IMG/VR virus record: IMGVR_UViG_3300043423_000015
Coordinates: 1 to 39,281 of that record
Reading direction: 5' to 3' (one strand)
Length of the DNA: 39,281 bases
From: a virus
Lineage: Duplodnaviria > Caudoviricetes
Shown: piece by piece, positions 1 to 8,440 of the stretch
Layout: each line of letters opens with the position of its first letter
Numbering within the stretch: position 1 is the first letter of the stretch
Made by a program: the position numbers and the translations under genes
The notes under the pieces: generated by a model
The model's database searches: none
What the model was told of the DNA's origin: nothing
Seen by the model: only the letters and a program-made list of their open reading frames with translations

Positions 1-127
1 ATTGCCAACCTCATCAATTCAACCCTCTACAAGCTGCGCTTCCTCAAGTAAGTTTGCAGACAGCCACGGGAATGGCTGAACCGTTGTGAATAGTCGAAAC
101 CTACCTAGTGTAGGTTTTGGCGTTTAT
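1..127. repeat. Exact terminal overlap with 39155-39281 (circular assembly)
   Basis: attgccaacc...ggcgtttat is identical at both ends; 127 is a common assembler k-mer; the overlap cuts through the last CDS. Confidence 0.95.
61..118 (+). terminator. Two hairpins after the last rightward gene
   Basis: cagcca-cgggaa-tggctg (61-78) and aaacctac-ctagt-gtaggttt (97-117). Confidence 0.45.
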
Positions 128-820
128 GGTGGGTATGTTGAGGGCTTTTTGTAAAGCAGTTGGCCCTGATAAAAATAAAAAATAGTGTCAATCGACTGAG
201 CTTGTTTAAAAAAAAGTTTCCAGCCAAAAATCACGCGCTCATTTTTTTTTCCAAAAACCTCGGGTGGAGGGGGTCAAAAAATAACCGCTTTTTTCCCATA
301 ATTCCCTATATCCGAGTCGGAAATAGGGTCTAATTATGTATAGTTAAACCGAGGCGAAAACCGATTCGGGCATTCTCCGAATTCTGAAAATCCATCGACT
401 CGCCCTCGGGAGCGGGTCAAATCGGGCGAATGAGGCGAGATAATCCCGTCTTAATAGGTTGATATACCTCAACCCACCGAGGCCGTTCTAGGCCGTTTTC
501 TCATCCCCTCAAAATCGGCCCGAATTAGGCCCGAAAACCTTAATTCGGTCAATCCCGACAGATTCCCCACCGATTCCCGACCGATTCGCCCATCCCTGCG
601 CCCCTGCGCTGAAATAGAACGGGAAACCCTGAAAACGGGGTCGAATCCCTGCGAATTGGTCGGCCCATCCTATAAGGGCGAGCAAATCCCCGACCCCTAA
701 GGGCCAAAAACGGAAACCGAAAACGAAAAAACCTAGGGGCCGACCGAGAACAAATCTCAATCGACCCCTAGGTCTATTCGCTTTTCAGGGGAAAACGGGA
801 AACCCTAGATTTTTAGACGT

Positions 821-1054
821 TCATTCGTGCGATTTGGCGAACCTCGAATATCGTTCTAGAACAGCCCACGCCTCGGCGCGTTCGGTGGGTGATTCTGGTT
901 TTCGACATCGACGAAAATATGCTCGGGACGATTGAACGTGTCCCTCGGCCTCGGAGAATGCCCCGATTGATTTGTCCCGTTCGACCTCATCGGGAAAGAA
1001 TAGGACGGGACGGTCGGCCCCGTTGATTTGCTCGAATCGAATCTCAATTTTCAT
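821..1054 (-). CDS. Hypothetical protein, last gene of the terminal leftward operon
   Basis: ATG at 1054 behind a GGGGG-type RBS; overlaps the stop of the upstream gene. Confidence 0.7.
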   Translation of the reverse strand: MKIEIRFEQINGADRPVLFFPDEVERDKSIGAFSEAEGHVQSSRAYFRRCRKPESPTERAEAWAVLERYSRFAKSHE

Positions 1055-1304
1055 CTTCGCCCCCATAGGCTGATTCGATGACTCGGCCCGAATGGGCGCA
1101 GATTAGATTCTCGCCCTCCCAATGAACAAAAACGGCCTCGGGAGTCCATTCGCGCCCCGATTCCCTGCGAATCAATCGGTAATTTTCACGCGCCGATTGT
1201 GAGTCGATGACCTCCCCATCCCTCATAAGTAGGGCGCAGGGATAACCCCCCGGCCACGCCCACCCACCCGACCGAATGAAATTTTGAATGTCGGTTTTTT
1301 GCAT
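1044..1304 (-). CDS. Hypothetical protein (GGWAWPGGYP motif)
   Basis: RBS ggggg-tctaaaa-ATG; tightly packed operon. Confidence 0.8.
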   Translation of the reverse strand: MQKTDIQNFIRSGGWAWPGGYPCALLMRDGEVIDSQSARENYRLIRRESGREWTPEAVFVHWEGENLICAHSGRVIESAYGGEDEN

Positions 1305-1306
1305 TT

Positions 1307-1798
1307 TTAGACCCCCGCGCAGCGTTCGTAAATAAAACCCGAGTCATCGCTCGGAATGTAGTCCCGCCTCGCTGCGAAGATGGAAACCCCCGCCTCGGCG
1401 CATAATTCGACCCGTTCGCACAGTCGAAGTGACTCCCAATACTGTTCGGCCTCGGCCCATTCCAATTCGGAAAAGTGGGACTCATCGAGAACGGGATAAT
1501 CTGCGAGGGCGCAGGCCATCGCATCGGCTGCGAGGATGGCCTCGACGTTCGATTCGTGAATAGCCACCCATTCGACCCACCCGACCGCCCAATGACGTTC
1601 GCGAACGACTAGAACGGAATCGGATTCGCCCCCGAGGGCGCGGAGGCCGCATTCAAAATTAGAACGGGTCAACGCATCGGAATCTCGGGATTGACCGATA
1701 AAAACGAAATATTCGGGCCATTCCGCGCCGAAATACGAATCGGGCATCGTCCATCGTTCGAGGGCGCGGATGTTTTCGAGATGTTCTAAGTTTTTCAT
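1307..1798 (-). CDS. Acidic, aromatic-rich hypothetical protein (HWAVGWVEW motif)
   Basis: Start moved to MKNLEH at 1798, overlapping the upstream stop. Confidence 0.8.
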   Translation of the reverse strand: MKNLEHLENIRALERWTMPDSYFGAEWPEYFVFIGQSRDSDALTRSNFECGLRALGGESDSVLVVRERHWAVGWVEWVAIHESNVEAILAADAMACALADYPVLDESHFSELEWAEAEQYWESLRLCERVELCAEAGVSIFAARRDYIPSDDSGFIYERCAGV

Positions 1799-2268
1799 AC
1801 TAAGTGGCCCCCCTCGTCGAATTCGTACCCGTTCGCCTCGATTGATTCCTCGACGGCCTCGTCCGAATACTGATATTCGATGTCGTTCTCGACTTCTCGC
1901 ACGAATGCGTCGAGCGCAGATTTGAACGATTCGAGGGCATCCCCCGTTTTTTTCCATTCGTCGGCAAATGTATAACGCAAAGATGAGTCGAAGCAAAAAC
2001 CCGTGGGCATCGCTTCGCGGTCGAATTGGGACAATTTGCGCCCCCTAAAATTTGAATTGTCGGCATCGGTGCGAATGAATGCACCACGGCCCCCGATGGA
2101 ATAGTCGAGAACCTTAATCCCGAATTCGTCGCAGAATTCGCGCAGGGATGATTTAACCTCGGCCCACCACGGGTATTCGAGGCCGCTTCGATACCATTCT
2201 CGGGCGCGAGATTTGGCGTATTCGTCCAACTCGTCGAAGGTATAAATTGTTTTTTCAATCGTTCGCAT
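1795..2268 (-). CDS. Acidic hypothetical protein (YTFDEL...AREWYR; EYQYSDEAVEESIEANGYEF), like proteins of plasmid/ICE leading regions
   Basis: GGAG RBS before MRTIEK; family recalled from motif, not searched. Confidence 0.75.
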   Translation of the reverse strand: MRTIEKTIYTFDELDEYAKSRAREWYRSGLEYPWWAEVKSSLREFCDEFGIKVLDYSIGGRGAFIRTDADNSNFRGRKLSQFDREAMPTGFCFDSSLRYTFADEWKKTGDALESFKSALDAFVREVENDIEYQYSDEAVEESIEANGYEFDEGGHLV

Positions 2269-2509
2269 TGTCGTTTTCTCCGTGTTCAAGTATTGAGAGA
2301 ATCGCGGTCACTGATTTTTTCAATTCCGTTCTGTTTTTCATCGCTGATAGACAGCCCTTGTATTCTTGCGTTCGCGTAATGTCGAGACAATAGATTCTTA
2401 ATAGGCCGTCTATTTCTTGTCCGAGTAAATCCTCGTCGTGGATTTTTGCGTTCGCCTCATCGTGGAAAATCATTCCATCCGAGCATAAAAAAGCGGTAAT
2501 TTCTCGCAT
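2255..2509 (-). CDS. Hypothetical protein
   Basis: AAGGGG RBS before MREITAF. Confidence 0.7.
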   Translation of the reverse strand: MREITAFLCSDGMIFHDEANAKIHDEDLLGQEIDGLLRIYCLDITRTQEYKGCLSAMKNRTELKKSVTAILSILEHGENDNAND

Positions 2510-2519
2510 TGTCGGCCCC

Positions 2520-2843
2520 TTAAAAGCAAAGATAGACGACCGATGAGTCATTCGACCCGACGACCGAGGTGTTGTCGTTCAAGTAGTCGAGAACGACCTC
2601 GCGAACCTCGTCCTCGTCCTCGCATTCGCTGATGTCGATGGAATAATTCGAGGCGACATCCTCGAATGAGTCCTCGGAGAATTCGCAGCAAATCGCGATA
2701 ACGTCCAATTCGGTCGAGTCGAATTCCTCGAAATAGTCGAAAAGCCAGTCATAAGCGATGTATGAGAATTGGTCATAACGCCCATATTGGCGGAATTCGT
2801 CGCGCAATTCCGAGGCCGAGTCGATTGTTTTAATGAATGGCAT
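2520..2843 (-). CDS. Very acidic 107-aa protein, candidate DNA mimic
   Basis: 28 D/E versus 5 K/R; AAGGGG RBS. Confidence 0.8.
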   Translation of the reverse strand: MPFIKTIDSASELRDEFRQYGRYDQFSYIAYDWLFDYFEEFDSTELDVIAICCEFSEDSFEDVASNYSIDISECEDEDEVREVVLDYLNDNTSVVGSNDSSVVYLCF

Positions 2844-2853
2844 TTTTAACCCC

Positions 2854-2949
2854 TTATTTGGTGAGAATGTCGAAGTAAGCGAGGGCGCAGACTGCGAGGG
2901 CCGCGCCGATAGTGAGTGCTGCGATAATGTCGAGGATTTGGTTTTTCAT
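2854..2949 (-). CDS. 31-aa single-TM peptide MKNQILDIIAALTIGAALAVCALAYFDILTK
   Basis: Translated by hand; fills the operon gap; stop overlaps the next RBS. Confidence 0.6.
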   Translation of the reverse strand: MKNQILDIIAALTIGAALAVCALAYFDILTK

Positions 2950-2958
2950 GGGTTCGCT

Positions 2959-3114
2959 TTATTGGTTAATTGTGTTGATTGAATGGACGGGAAACGAGTC
3001 CCGAGGAATGACGACTAATTCGCCGAATCCGTTGTCTGCGTAACATAGGACAATCGAACGAGTGATGTAGACGGAGGGCCGTTCGATACACCAAAAACCG
3101 AGCAAAGTTTGCAT
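2959..3114 (-). CDS. Hypothetical 51-aa protein, first gene of the terminal operon
   Basis: Same aaggggttaaaaATG initiation region as 2843. Confidence 0.6.
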   Translation of the reverse strand: MQTLLGFWCIERPSVYITRSIVLCYADNGFGELVVIPRDSFPVHSINTINQ

Positions 3115-3159
3115 TTTTAACCCCTTAAAAATTCCCCCCGATTTGGTGGGATGCCCCAA

Positions 3160-3192
3160 TGCTAGCATGAAAAGTTGAGCAAAATAAACCTA
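3160..3192 (-). promoter_or_regulatory. Putative extended -10 promoter (TGcTAGCAT) for the leftward terminal operon
   Basis: Divergent gap between 3114 and HNH; weak -35. Confidence 0.4.
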
Positions 3193-3216
3193 GGACAAAC
3201 CCTAAGATAAAAAAAG

Positions 3217-3645
3217 ATGCCGATTCTCCCTAAAAATCAGAAATGTGATGCGCTGCGCTGCGCCGAATCAAGGGTCGAGGGGTCGGCGTATTGTGAGAAC
3301 CACGGAGGGCGCAGGAAAATTAGCATCGAACGTCATTCGCACAATGCGGCCTACAAATCGAGGGCGTGGGCGCAGATAAGGGCCGCGCAGTTATCCCGCG
3401 CCCCATTGTGCGAACGATGCAAATATGAGGGGCGCATCGTTCAAGCCGCCCACGTTGACCACGTTTTTCCGTGGGCCATTATTGGGGGCGAATCATTCCA
3501 CCGAAATTTGTTCGCGTCATTGTGCGCCCCGTGCCATTCTCTGAAAACCTCAATCGAACGTCGAGGCGTGTTCACCCGATACACCGACCACGGCCCGATT
3601 GAATACACCGCGAACGACTATCGGCGAATCGTTCTCGGCGAATAA
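3217..3645 (+). CDS. Packaging-associated HNH endonuclease (HK97 gp74-like)
   Basis: PLCERC...HVDHVFP...LCAPCHSLKT; lies upstream of terS. Confidence 0.9.
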   Translation: MPILPKNQKCDALRCAESRVEGSAYCENHGGRRKISIERHSHNAAYKSRAWAQIRAAQLSRAPLCERCKYEGRIVQAAHVDHVFPWAIIGGESFHRNLFASLCAPCHSLKTSIERRGVFTRYTDHGPIEYTANDYRRIVLGE

Positions 3646-3929
3646 CCCACGGCCTAGGCCCATCCCTGCGCCCCTAGGCCCATTCCTAGGCGTTTCCCTG
3701 CGCTGATTCCCCCATCTCATCCCCATCGAGGCCGCATCGCCTCGGGCATCTCTGCGCCTCGCCCTCAAATCGAATACTAATTCGCTCAATTATGGCAAAT
3801 TGGGCGTTTTCACGTTTTCTATTTGTGACCTCCGCCCATATAATCGACCCGTTTTCGAGGTTGATATGCGTTCGATTCGCTCAATTTGTAGTGCATTCGT
3901 ATTCAAATCGATGCGCCGAGGGTGAAAAA

Positions 3930-4015
3930 CGCGCCGATTAAGAACTAAAAAGTCACAGATGCGGTCGGGAGCAGGCGCGGGGTCAATTTCGTAGAGATTG
4001 AAAGTCGGGAGGGGG
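3930..4015. other. Presumed cos/packaging-initiation region
   Basis: Position between HNH and terS as in HK97-type phages; GC-rich core gagcaggcgcgggg; composition switches here. Exact cut site unknown. Confidence 0.4.
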
Positions 4016-4053
4016 AGTAAGCTATACTCCTTGACAGAATTTAGGGAATTCCC

Positions 4054-4425
4054 ATGAAAAAAGCGCCCAAACACATCATCAATTACATCCGCGACCCAGA
4101 GACTTGGGATGCGACTGCTTTTGAGACTCAGATTCGTAGCGAAGTGGAAGGCTCCACAGGCGCTTTGACCGCGAGTGATGAAACGCTTGTGGGAATGTTG
4201 GTGATGACCATGCAAAGTTTGATTGATGCCGAGCGCGTGATTCAGACCCAAGGCATGATTGAGCATTACAACTCTGGCCCTGCCACTTCTCCGTACTACA
4301 AGATAAGAACCGAATGTCTCGACAAGGCAATCAAGATACTGGCCGAGCTTGCGCTTGTGGCCCGTGGTCGCCCCAAAAAGACATCCACACCCACTGCCAT
4401 AGATGAGTTATTCAACACTGCTTGA
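4054..4425 (+). CDS. terS: Terminase small subunit (P27-like)
   Basis: Size, position, overlap with terL, helical SPYYKIRTEC segment. Confidence 0.75.
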   Translation: MKKAPKHIINYIRDPETWDATAFETQIRSEVEGSTGALTASDETLVGMLVMTMQSLIDAERVIQTQGMIEHYNSGPATSPYYKIRTECLDKAIKILAELALVARGRPKKTSTPTAIDELFNTA

Positions 4426-6076
4426 ACCGGCGTTTAAGTACGCCACTGCCGTAGTTCGCGGCGACCAGCTCGCGTGTGAAGATGTCAAGATTGCCTGTCA
4501 ACGCTTCTTGGACATGGTTGAGCGCAAAGACGCGCCCTACGAGTTTGTCCCCGCCAAAGCTGAACACATCCTCAAGTTTGCCAAGTTCTGTCGCCATGTC
4601 AAAGGGCCAGACGCAGGTAAGTCGATTGAGCTTGAGGGTTTTCAGGTTCTATTCCTTGCGGCGGTGTATGGCTTCCGAAACAAGAAAGACCACAGCGTTC
4701 GATGGGTGACGGACGTTATCCTGTTCGTGCCGCGCAAGTCTGGAAAGACAACCCTTGCGTCCATCATTGCCCTGTATGAGCTGCTGTTTGGCGAAGCTGG
4801 CCCCGAGGTGTTTACCTTGGCGACCAACCGTGAGCAGGCATCAATTTGCTTCGACTCGTCCAAGGCCATCATGGAAAGCATGGCCCCTGAGTTGCAGAGC
4901 CGATTCATTCCGTTCCGAAGTGAGTTGAAAAAGGCTGGCGACTCCACATCCACCTACCGCGCCCTATCGCGTGAAAACCGTAAGACTGGTGACGGCAAAA
5001 ACCCATCGTGCGCGATGATTGACGAGGCGGCTCAGATTACCGAGCGCGGCTCAATCGAGGTGTTGCACTCGGGCATGGCTGCTCGTAAGAATCCTTTAAG
5101 GATGTACCTGACGACTGCCAGCTTCACCAAAGAGACAAAGTTCTATGAGGACTTGAACCATTTTCGGGCTGTGCTGCGCGGCGCGGCGGAAGATTCGTTT
5201 CGTTGGTTTGGCTTGCTGTACTCGGTTGACCCCGGCGATGAGTGGTCTGACCCCTCCGTATGGGGCAAAGCCAACCCCATGCTTGGCGTGTCGGTCACAA
5301 CCGAGGCCATTCAGCACATGGCTGATGAGGCCAAGAGCAAGCCTGCATCCCTTAACGAATTCTTGTGCAAGCAGCTCAATATCTACGTCAGTTCCAACGC
5401 TGCGTGGGTTGACCGTCGATATTGGGATGAATCCGTGGCTGAAATGCCCGTTGACAAGCCAGAGGCCACGTTCATTGGATTTGACTTGGCTCACAGTCGA
5501 GATTTGAATGCCGTGGTGACGCTTCACCGATATGACGAGGAAGACCTTTACGCTAAGTTCAAGTTCTTCTTGCCAGAGGAGTCGATTGAGCTGATTCCGA
5601 ACCACTACAAGTCGATTTTCAGTCAGGCGGTGGCATCGGGCATCTTGCATCTAACGCCCGGCAACGTCACCGACTTGAACGAGATTGAGTCCTACATTCG
5701 TCAACAGGCGGAAATATATGAAGTCAAAGAAATTGGCTATGACCCTTACAACGCTGCTGCTCTTGTCGCCAATCTTTTCTCCTATGGCCTTCCAGTCAAA
5801 AAGGTTGGACAAGGCATGGCAGTACTATCCAACCCGTCGAAAACGGCAGAACAGCTCATCCTCAAAAAAGCCATCAAGCACGATGGAAATCCGTTTGTGG
5901 GGTGGCAACTCGGTAACTGTGAGGTATACACCGATGTGAATGGCAACGTAAAAGTGAGAAAAAACGAAGCCGACCCATCCGCCAAGGTTGACGGAATCAT
6001 TGCCATGATTATGGCTTTGCACTGCCATTTGGATAACGTATTTGTATCAGACTCCTATGGACTACGATTATTTTGA
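4403..6076 (+). CDS. terL: Terminase large subunit (HK97-type)
   Basis: Walker A VPRKSGKT, Walker B MIDEAA, GFDLA, YDPYNA, KVDGIIA. Confidence 0.97.
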   Translation: MSYSTLLEPAFKYATAVVRGDQLACEDVKIACQRFLDMVERKDAPYEFVPAKAEHILKFAKFCRHVKGPDAGKSIELEGFQVLFLAAVYGFRNKKDHSVRWVTDVILFVPRKSGKTTLASIIALYELLFGEAGPEVFTLATNREQASICFDSSKAIMESMAPELQSRFIPFRSELKKAGDSTSTYRALSRENRKTGDGKNPSCAMIDEAAQITERGSIEVLHSGMAARKNPLRMYLTTASFTKETKFYEDLNHFRAVLRGAAEDSFRWFGLLYSVDPGDEWSDPSVWGKANPMLGVSVTTEAIQHMADEAKSKPASLNEFLCKQLNIYVSSNAAWVDRRYWDESVAEMPVDKPEATFIGFDLAHSRDLNAVVTLHRYDEEDLYAKFKFFLPEESIELIPNHYKSIFSQAVASGILHLTPGNVTDLNEIESYIRQQAEIYEVKEIGYDPYNAAALVANLFSYGLPVKKVGQGMAVLSNPSKTAEQLILKKAIKHDGNPFVGWQLGNCEVYTDVNGNVKVRKNEADPSAKVDGIIAMIMALHCHLDNVFVSDSYGLRLF

Positions 6077-6106
6077 GTGATAACATCACGGAAACTAGGA
6101 GCTGAC

Positions 6107-7504
6107 ATGGCTATTCTCGACATTTTCAAGCGCAAGTCCACGCAATCGGACGAAAGCAACAACCTTTTCGGCCAAACGGCTCTAGGTAACAACATTGTCT
6201 ATTCGGGTAGCAATACTCGCCCGACCGTCAACACTCAAGTCCTGTATGTGACGACCGCCAGCACGAATACCGCTGGTCGCGTTATCAACATGGACTTGTT
6301 GACTCGCAACAGCACCATCATGGCTTGCGTTGGAGCGAAAGCCCGGGCCTTGGCTCAGTTGCCAATCAAAATCATGTCAGAGCAGGAGGATGGCTCATAT
6401 CTTGATGCCGTGAAAGACAAGGCTGTTGGCGTTCGCGACAAGAATAAAGCCAAGCAAGTCTCCAAGCTGCTGAACAACCCCAACAACTTCCAATCAAAAT
6501 ACGAGTTCTGGTATCAGTGGCTCATGTGGTTGGAATTGTCTGGCGAAGCGTTTACCCTTTGGTGGCGCGAAGACCAAAAGAACCCTTCACAGACTCCAAT
6601 GGAGATGTATGTGTTGGATTCGACGTTGATTGCCGTGACCATCAATCCTGCGCGTTACCCTTCTTACCGCCTGTCTACTCCGTCATACGGTTTCAGCAAA
6701 GATGAGCCATTGGCCGCTCATCAAGTGATGCACATTAAAGAAGCAGCATGGCAAGGTTCCGCTGGTTTCAACAAAGGCATCTTGGCTGCTGAATTGGTGA
6801 CGCTTGACCAAGACATTGACGTTTACGCCAACTTCATCATGCTCAACGGCGCGAAACCAACAGGTATGTTCACGACCGAACAAGTCATCCCTGACGGCAA
6901 GTACAAGGAATTGGCCTCTCGCTTGAAAGAGGCTTGGTCAAACATGACTGGTAGCCAACGCACTGATGAGTCCAAGCCGGGCCAAGGTATGTTGCTTGAC
7001 CAAGGCATGAAGTACACCCCAATCGACATCCTCACTTTGCAAGACACTCAAGCTGCCGAGTTGAAGATTCAAACCATGAAGCGTATTTGTGGTTTGTTTG
7101 GTGTGCCTCCAGCCATGATTGGCATTGGCGACTCCAAGTACAACAACACTCAAACCATGTTGGACGAGTTCTACAAGTCAACGATGTACCCAACCATCGT
7201 GAACGTCCAAGAGAAATTGAAGCAACAGTTGTTCAATGGCTACCCTTCATTGTGTGTTCAGTTCGATACGGCAAACTTCTTGAAGGGCGCTCCAATCGAC
7301 CAAATGAACTATGTGAAGGCTGGCGTTGATGCTGGCATTCTGACTCCAAACGAAGCGCGTGAATATCTGAACAAAGCTCAGATGGAAGGCGGCAACGAGT
7401 TGAAGCAAGACACAAAACCAAGCGACCCAATTGCAGGCTCAAGCCCTCAAGACACCGGTGGTGGTGGCGGAAACCAAAAGAACAAAGCAAACATCGGCAA
7501 ATAA
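6107..7504 (+). CDS. Portal protein, HK97 family
   Basis: LLNNPNNFQS, ICGLFGVPPAMIG, GILTPNEAR; AGGAG RBS before ATG 6107. Confidence 0.95.
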   Translation: MAILDIFKRKSTQSDESNNLFGQTALGNNIVYSGSNTRPTVNTQVLYVTTASTNTAGRVINMDLLTRNSTIMACVGAKARALAQLPIKIMSEQEDGSYLDAVKDKAVGVRDKNKAKQVSKLLNNPNNFQSKYEFWYQWLMWLELSGEAFTLWWREDQKNPSQTPMEMYVLDSTLIAVTINPARYPSYRLSTPSYGFSKDEPLAAHQVMHIKEAAWQGSAGFNKGILAAELVTLDQDIDVYANFIMLNGAKPTGMFTTEQVIPDGKYKELASRLKEAWSNMTGSQRTDESKPGQGMLLDQGMKYTPIDILTLQDTQAAELKIQTMKRICGLFGVPPAMIGIGDSKYNNTQTMLDEFYKSTMYPTIVNVQEKLKQQLFNGYPSLCVQFDTANFLKGAPIDQMNYVKAGVDAGILTPNEAREYLNKAQMEGGNELKQDTKPSDPIAGSSPQDTGGGGGNQKNKANIGK

Positions 7505-7637
7505 ATGTCGTTGATTTTTAAGATTATGGTAGCATCGTTGGTAGCAAATAGGCCAACGGTTGCGCCGCCTCCAAAGCGCGGTCGGCCACCAAAAACAATA
7601 CACGACATTGATTTATCTAAAGTCGATGAGGTAATCC

Positions 7638-8438
7638 ATGACGCAAAACTTGATGATGGTGTGCGAGGCCAAACTGGTTCTCGAAAAAGCAGGCAACGCA
7701 GAGCCAACAGGCAATATTGAAGCAGTTGTCACAACTTGGGGGCCACGCGAAGGTGCTGATGGCCGCAAGTTCAACTATCAACCCGAAGCATTTATGCAAT
7801 GGGCAGAGTCGTTCAGCAAAGCTGGTCGTCCTCTCCCAATGTTCGTGAACCATGATGCTGATTCCATCCCCGTGGGTGAATGGACATCATTTGAGTTTGA
7901 CGAAACTGGCATGAAAGCCTGCGGTCGTTTGTATATCAACACCACTCAAGGCTCTGACTTGTATCAAGTAATGAGCGAGTCACCAAATATGTTTGGTGGC
8001 GTGTCTGTTGGCGCATACGCCGAAGAATATCAGTGGACAAAAGAAGACGGCACTCCAATGACCGTTGGTTCTGATGACCCATACGAAGACGGCTACTTCC
8101 AAATCACCAAAGGTGGTCTGCGCGAAGTGTCAGTCGTGATGTACCCGAACAATCCAATGGCCGAAGTGCAAAAGCTGGAGTATTTCCGCGCTGATGGCAC
8201 TGCCGACCTAAAAGTTTTGGAACAAGCCCTGCGTGATGCTGGTCTATCCAAGAAAGATGCGGTCGCTGCCGCATCTACATTCAAGAAAGTAATTGAGCAG
8301 CGTGACGCTACTCAAGAGCCTATTGAAGCTGCGACGACTCAGAGCGATTCTGATGCGGAAGCGACCAACGCAGCAATTCTCGAAGCTCTTGAGCAACGCG
8401 AATTGTTAAAACTCCTCGACAAGCGCCTGAAAGGTTAA
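7638..8438 (+). CDS. Prohead maturation protease (HK97 family)
   Basis: PMFVNHD, PVGEW, GGVSVG, LREVSVVMYPNN; GAGG RBS. Confidence 0.92.
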   Translation: MTQNLMMVCEAKLVLEKAGNAEPTGNIEAVVTTWGPREGADGRKFNYQPEAFMQWAESFSKAGRPLPMFVNHDADSIPVGEWTSFEFDETGMKACGRLYINTTQGSDLYQVMSESPNMFGGVSVGAYAEEYQWTKEDGTPMTVGSDDPYEDGYFQITKGGLREVSVVMYPNNPMAEVQKLEYFRADGTADLKVLEQALRDAGLSKKDAVAAASTFKKVIEQRDATQEPIEAATTQSDSDAEATNAAILEALEQRELLKLLDKRLKG

Positions 8439-8440
8439 TC

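Noticed and set aside
1-127. 127-bp terminal repeat as a biological direct terminal repeat
   Set aside because: The length matches a standard assembly k-mer, it interrupts a CDS, and the HNH/terminase type points to cos ends elsewhere
509-760. 83-aa minus-strand ORF
   Set aside because: Weak start, no clear RBS, low-complexity translation of a motif-rich block
300-820. CRISPR-like or regular repeat array
   Set aside because: Motifs are short, degenerate and irregularly spaced
3550-4330. Minus-strand ORFs 3550-3789, 3790-4266 and 4079-4330
   Set aside because: Antisense to HNH/terS or spanning the presumed cos region; no protein-like features
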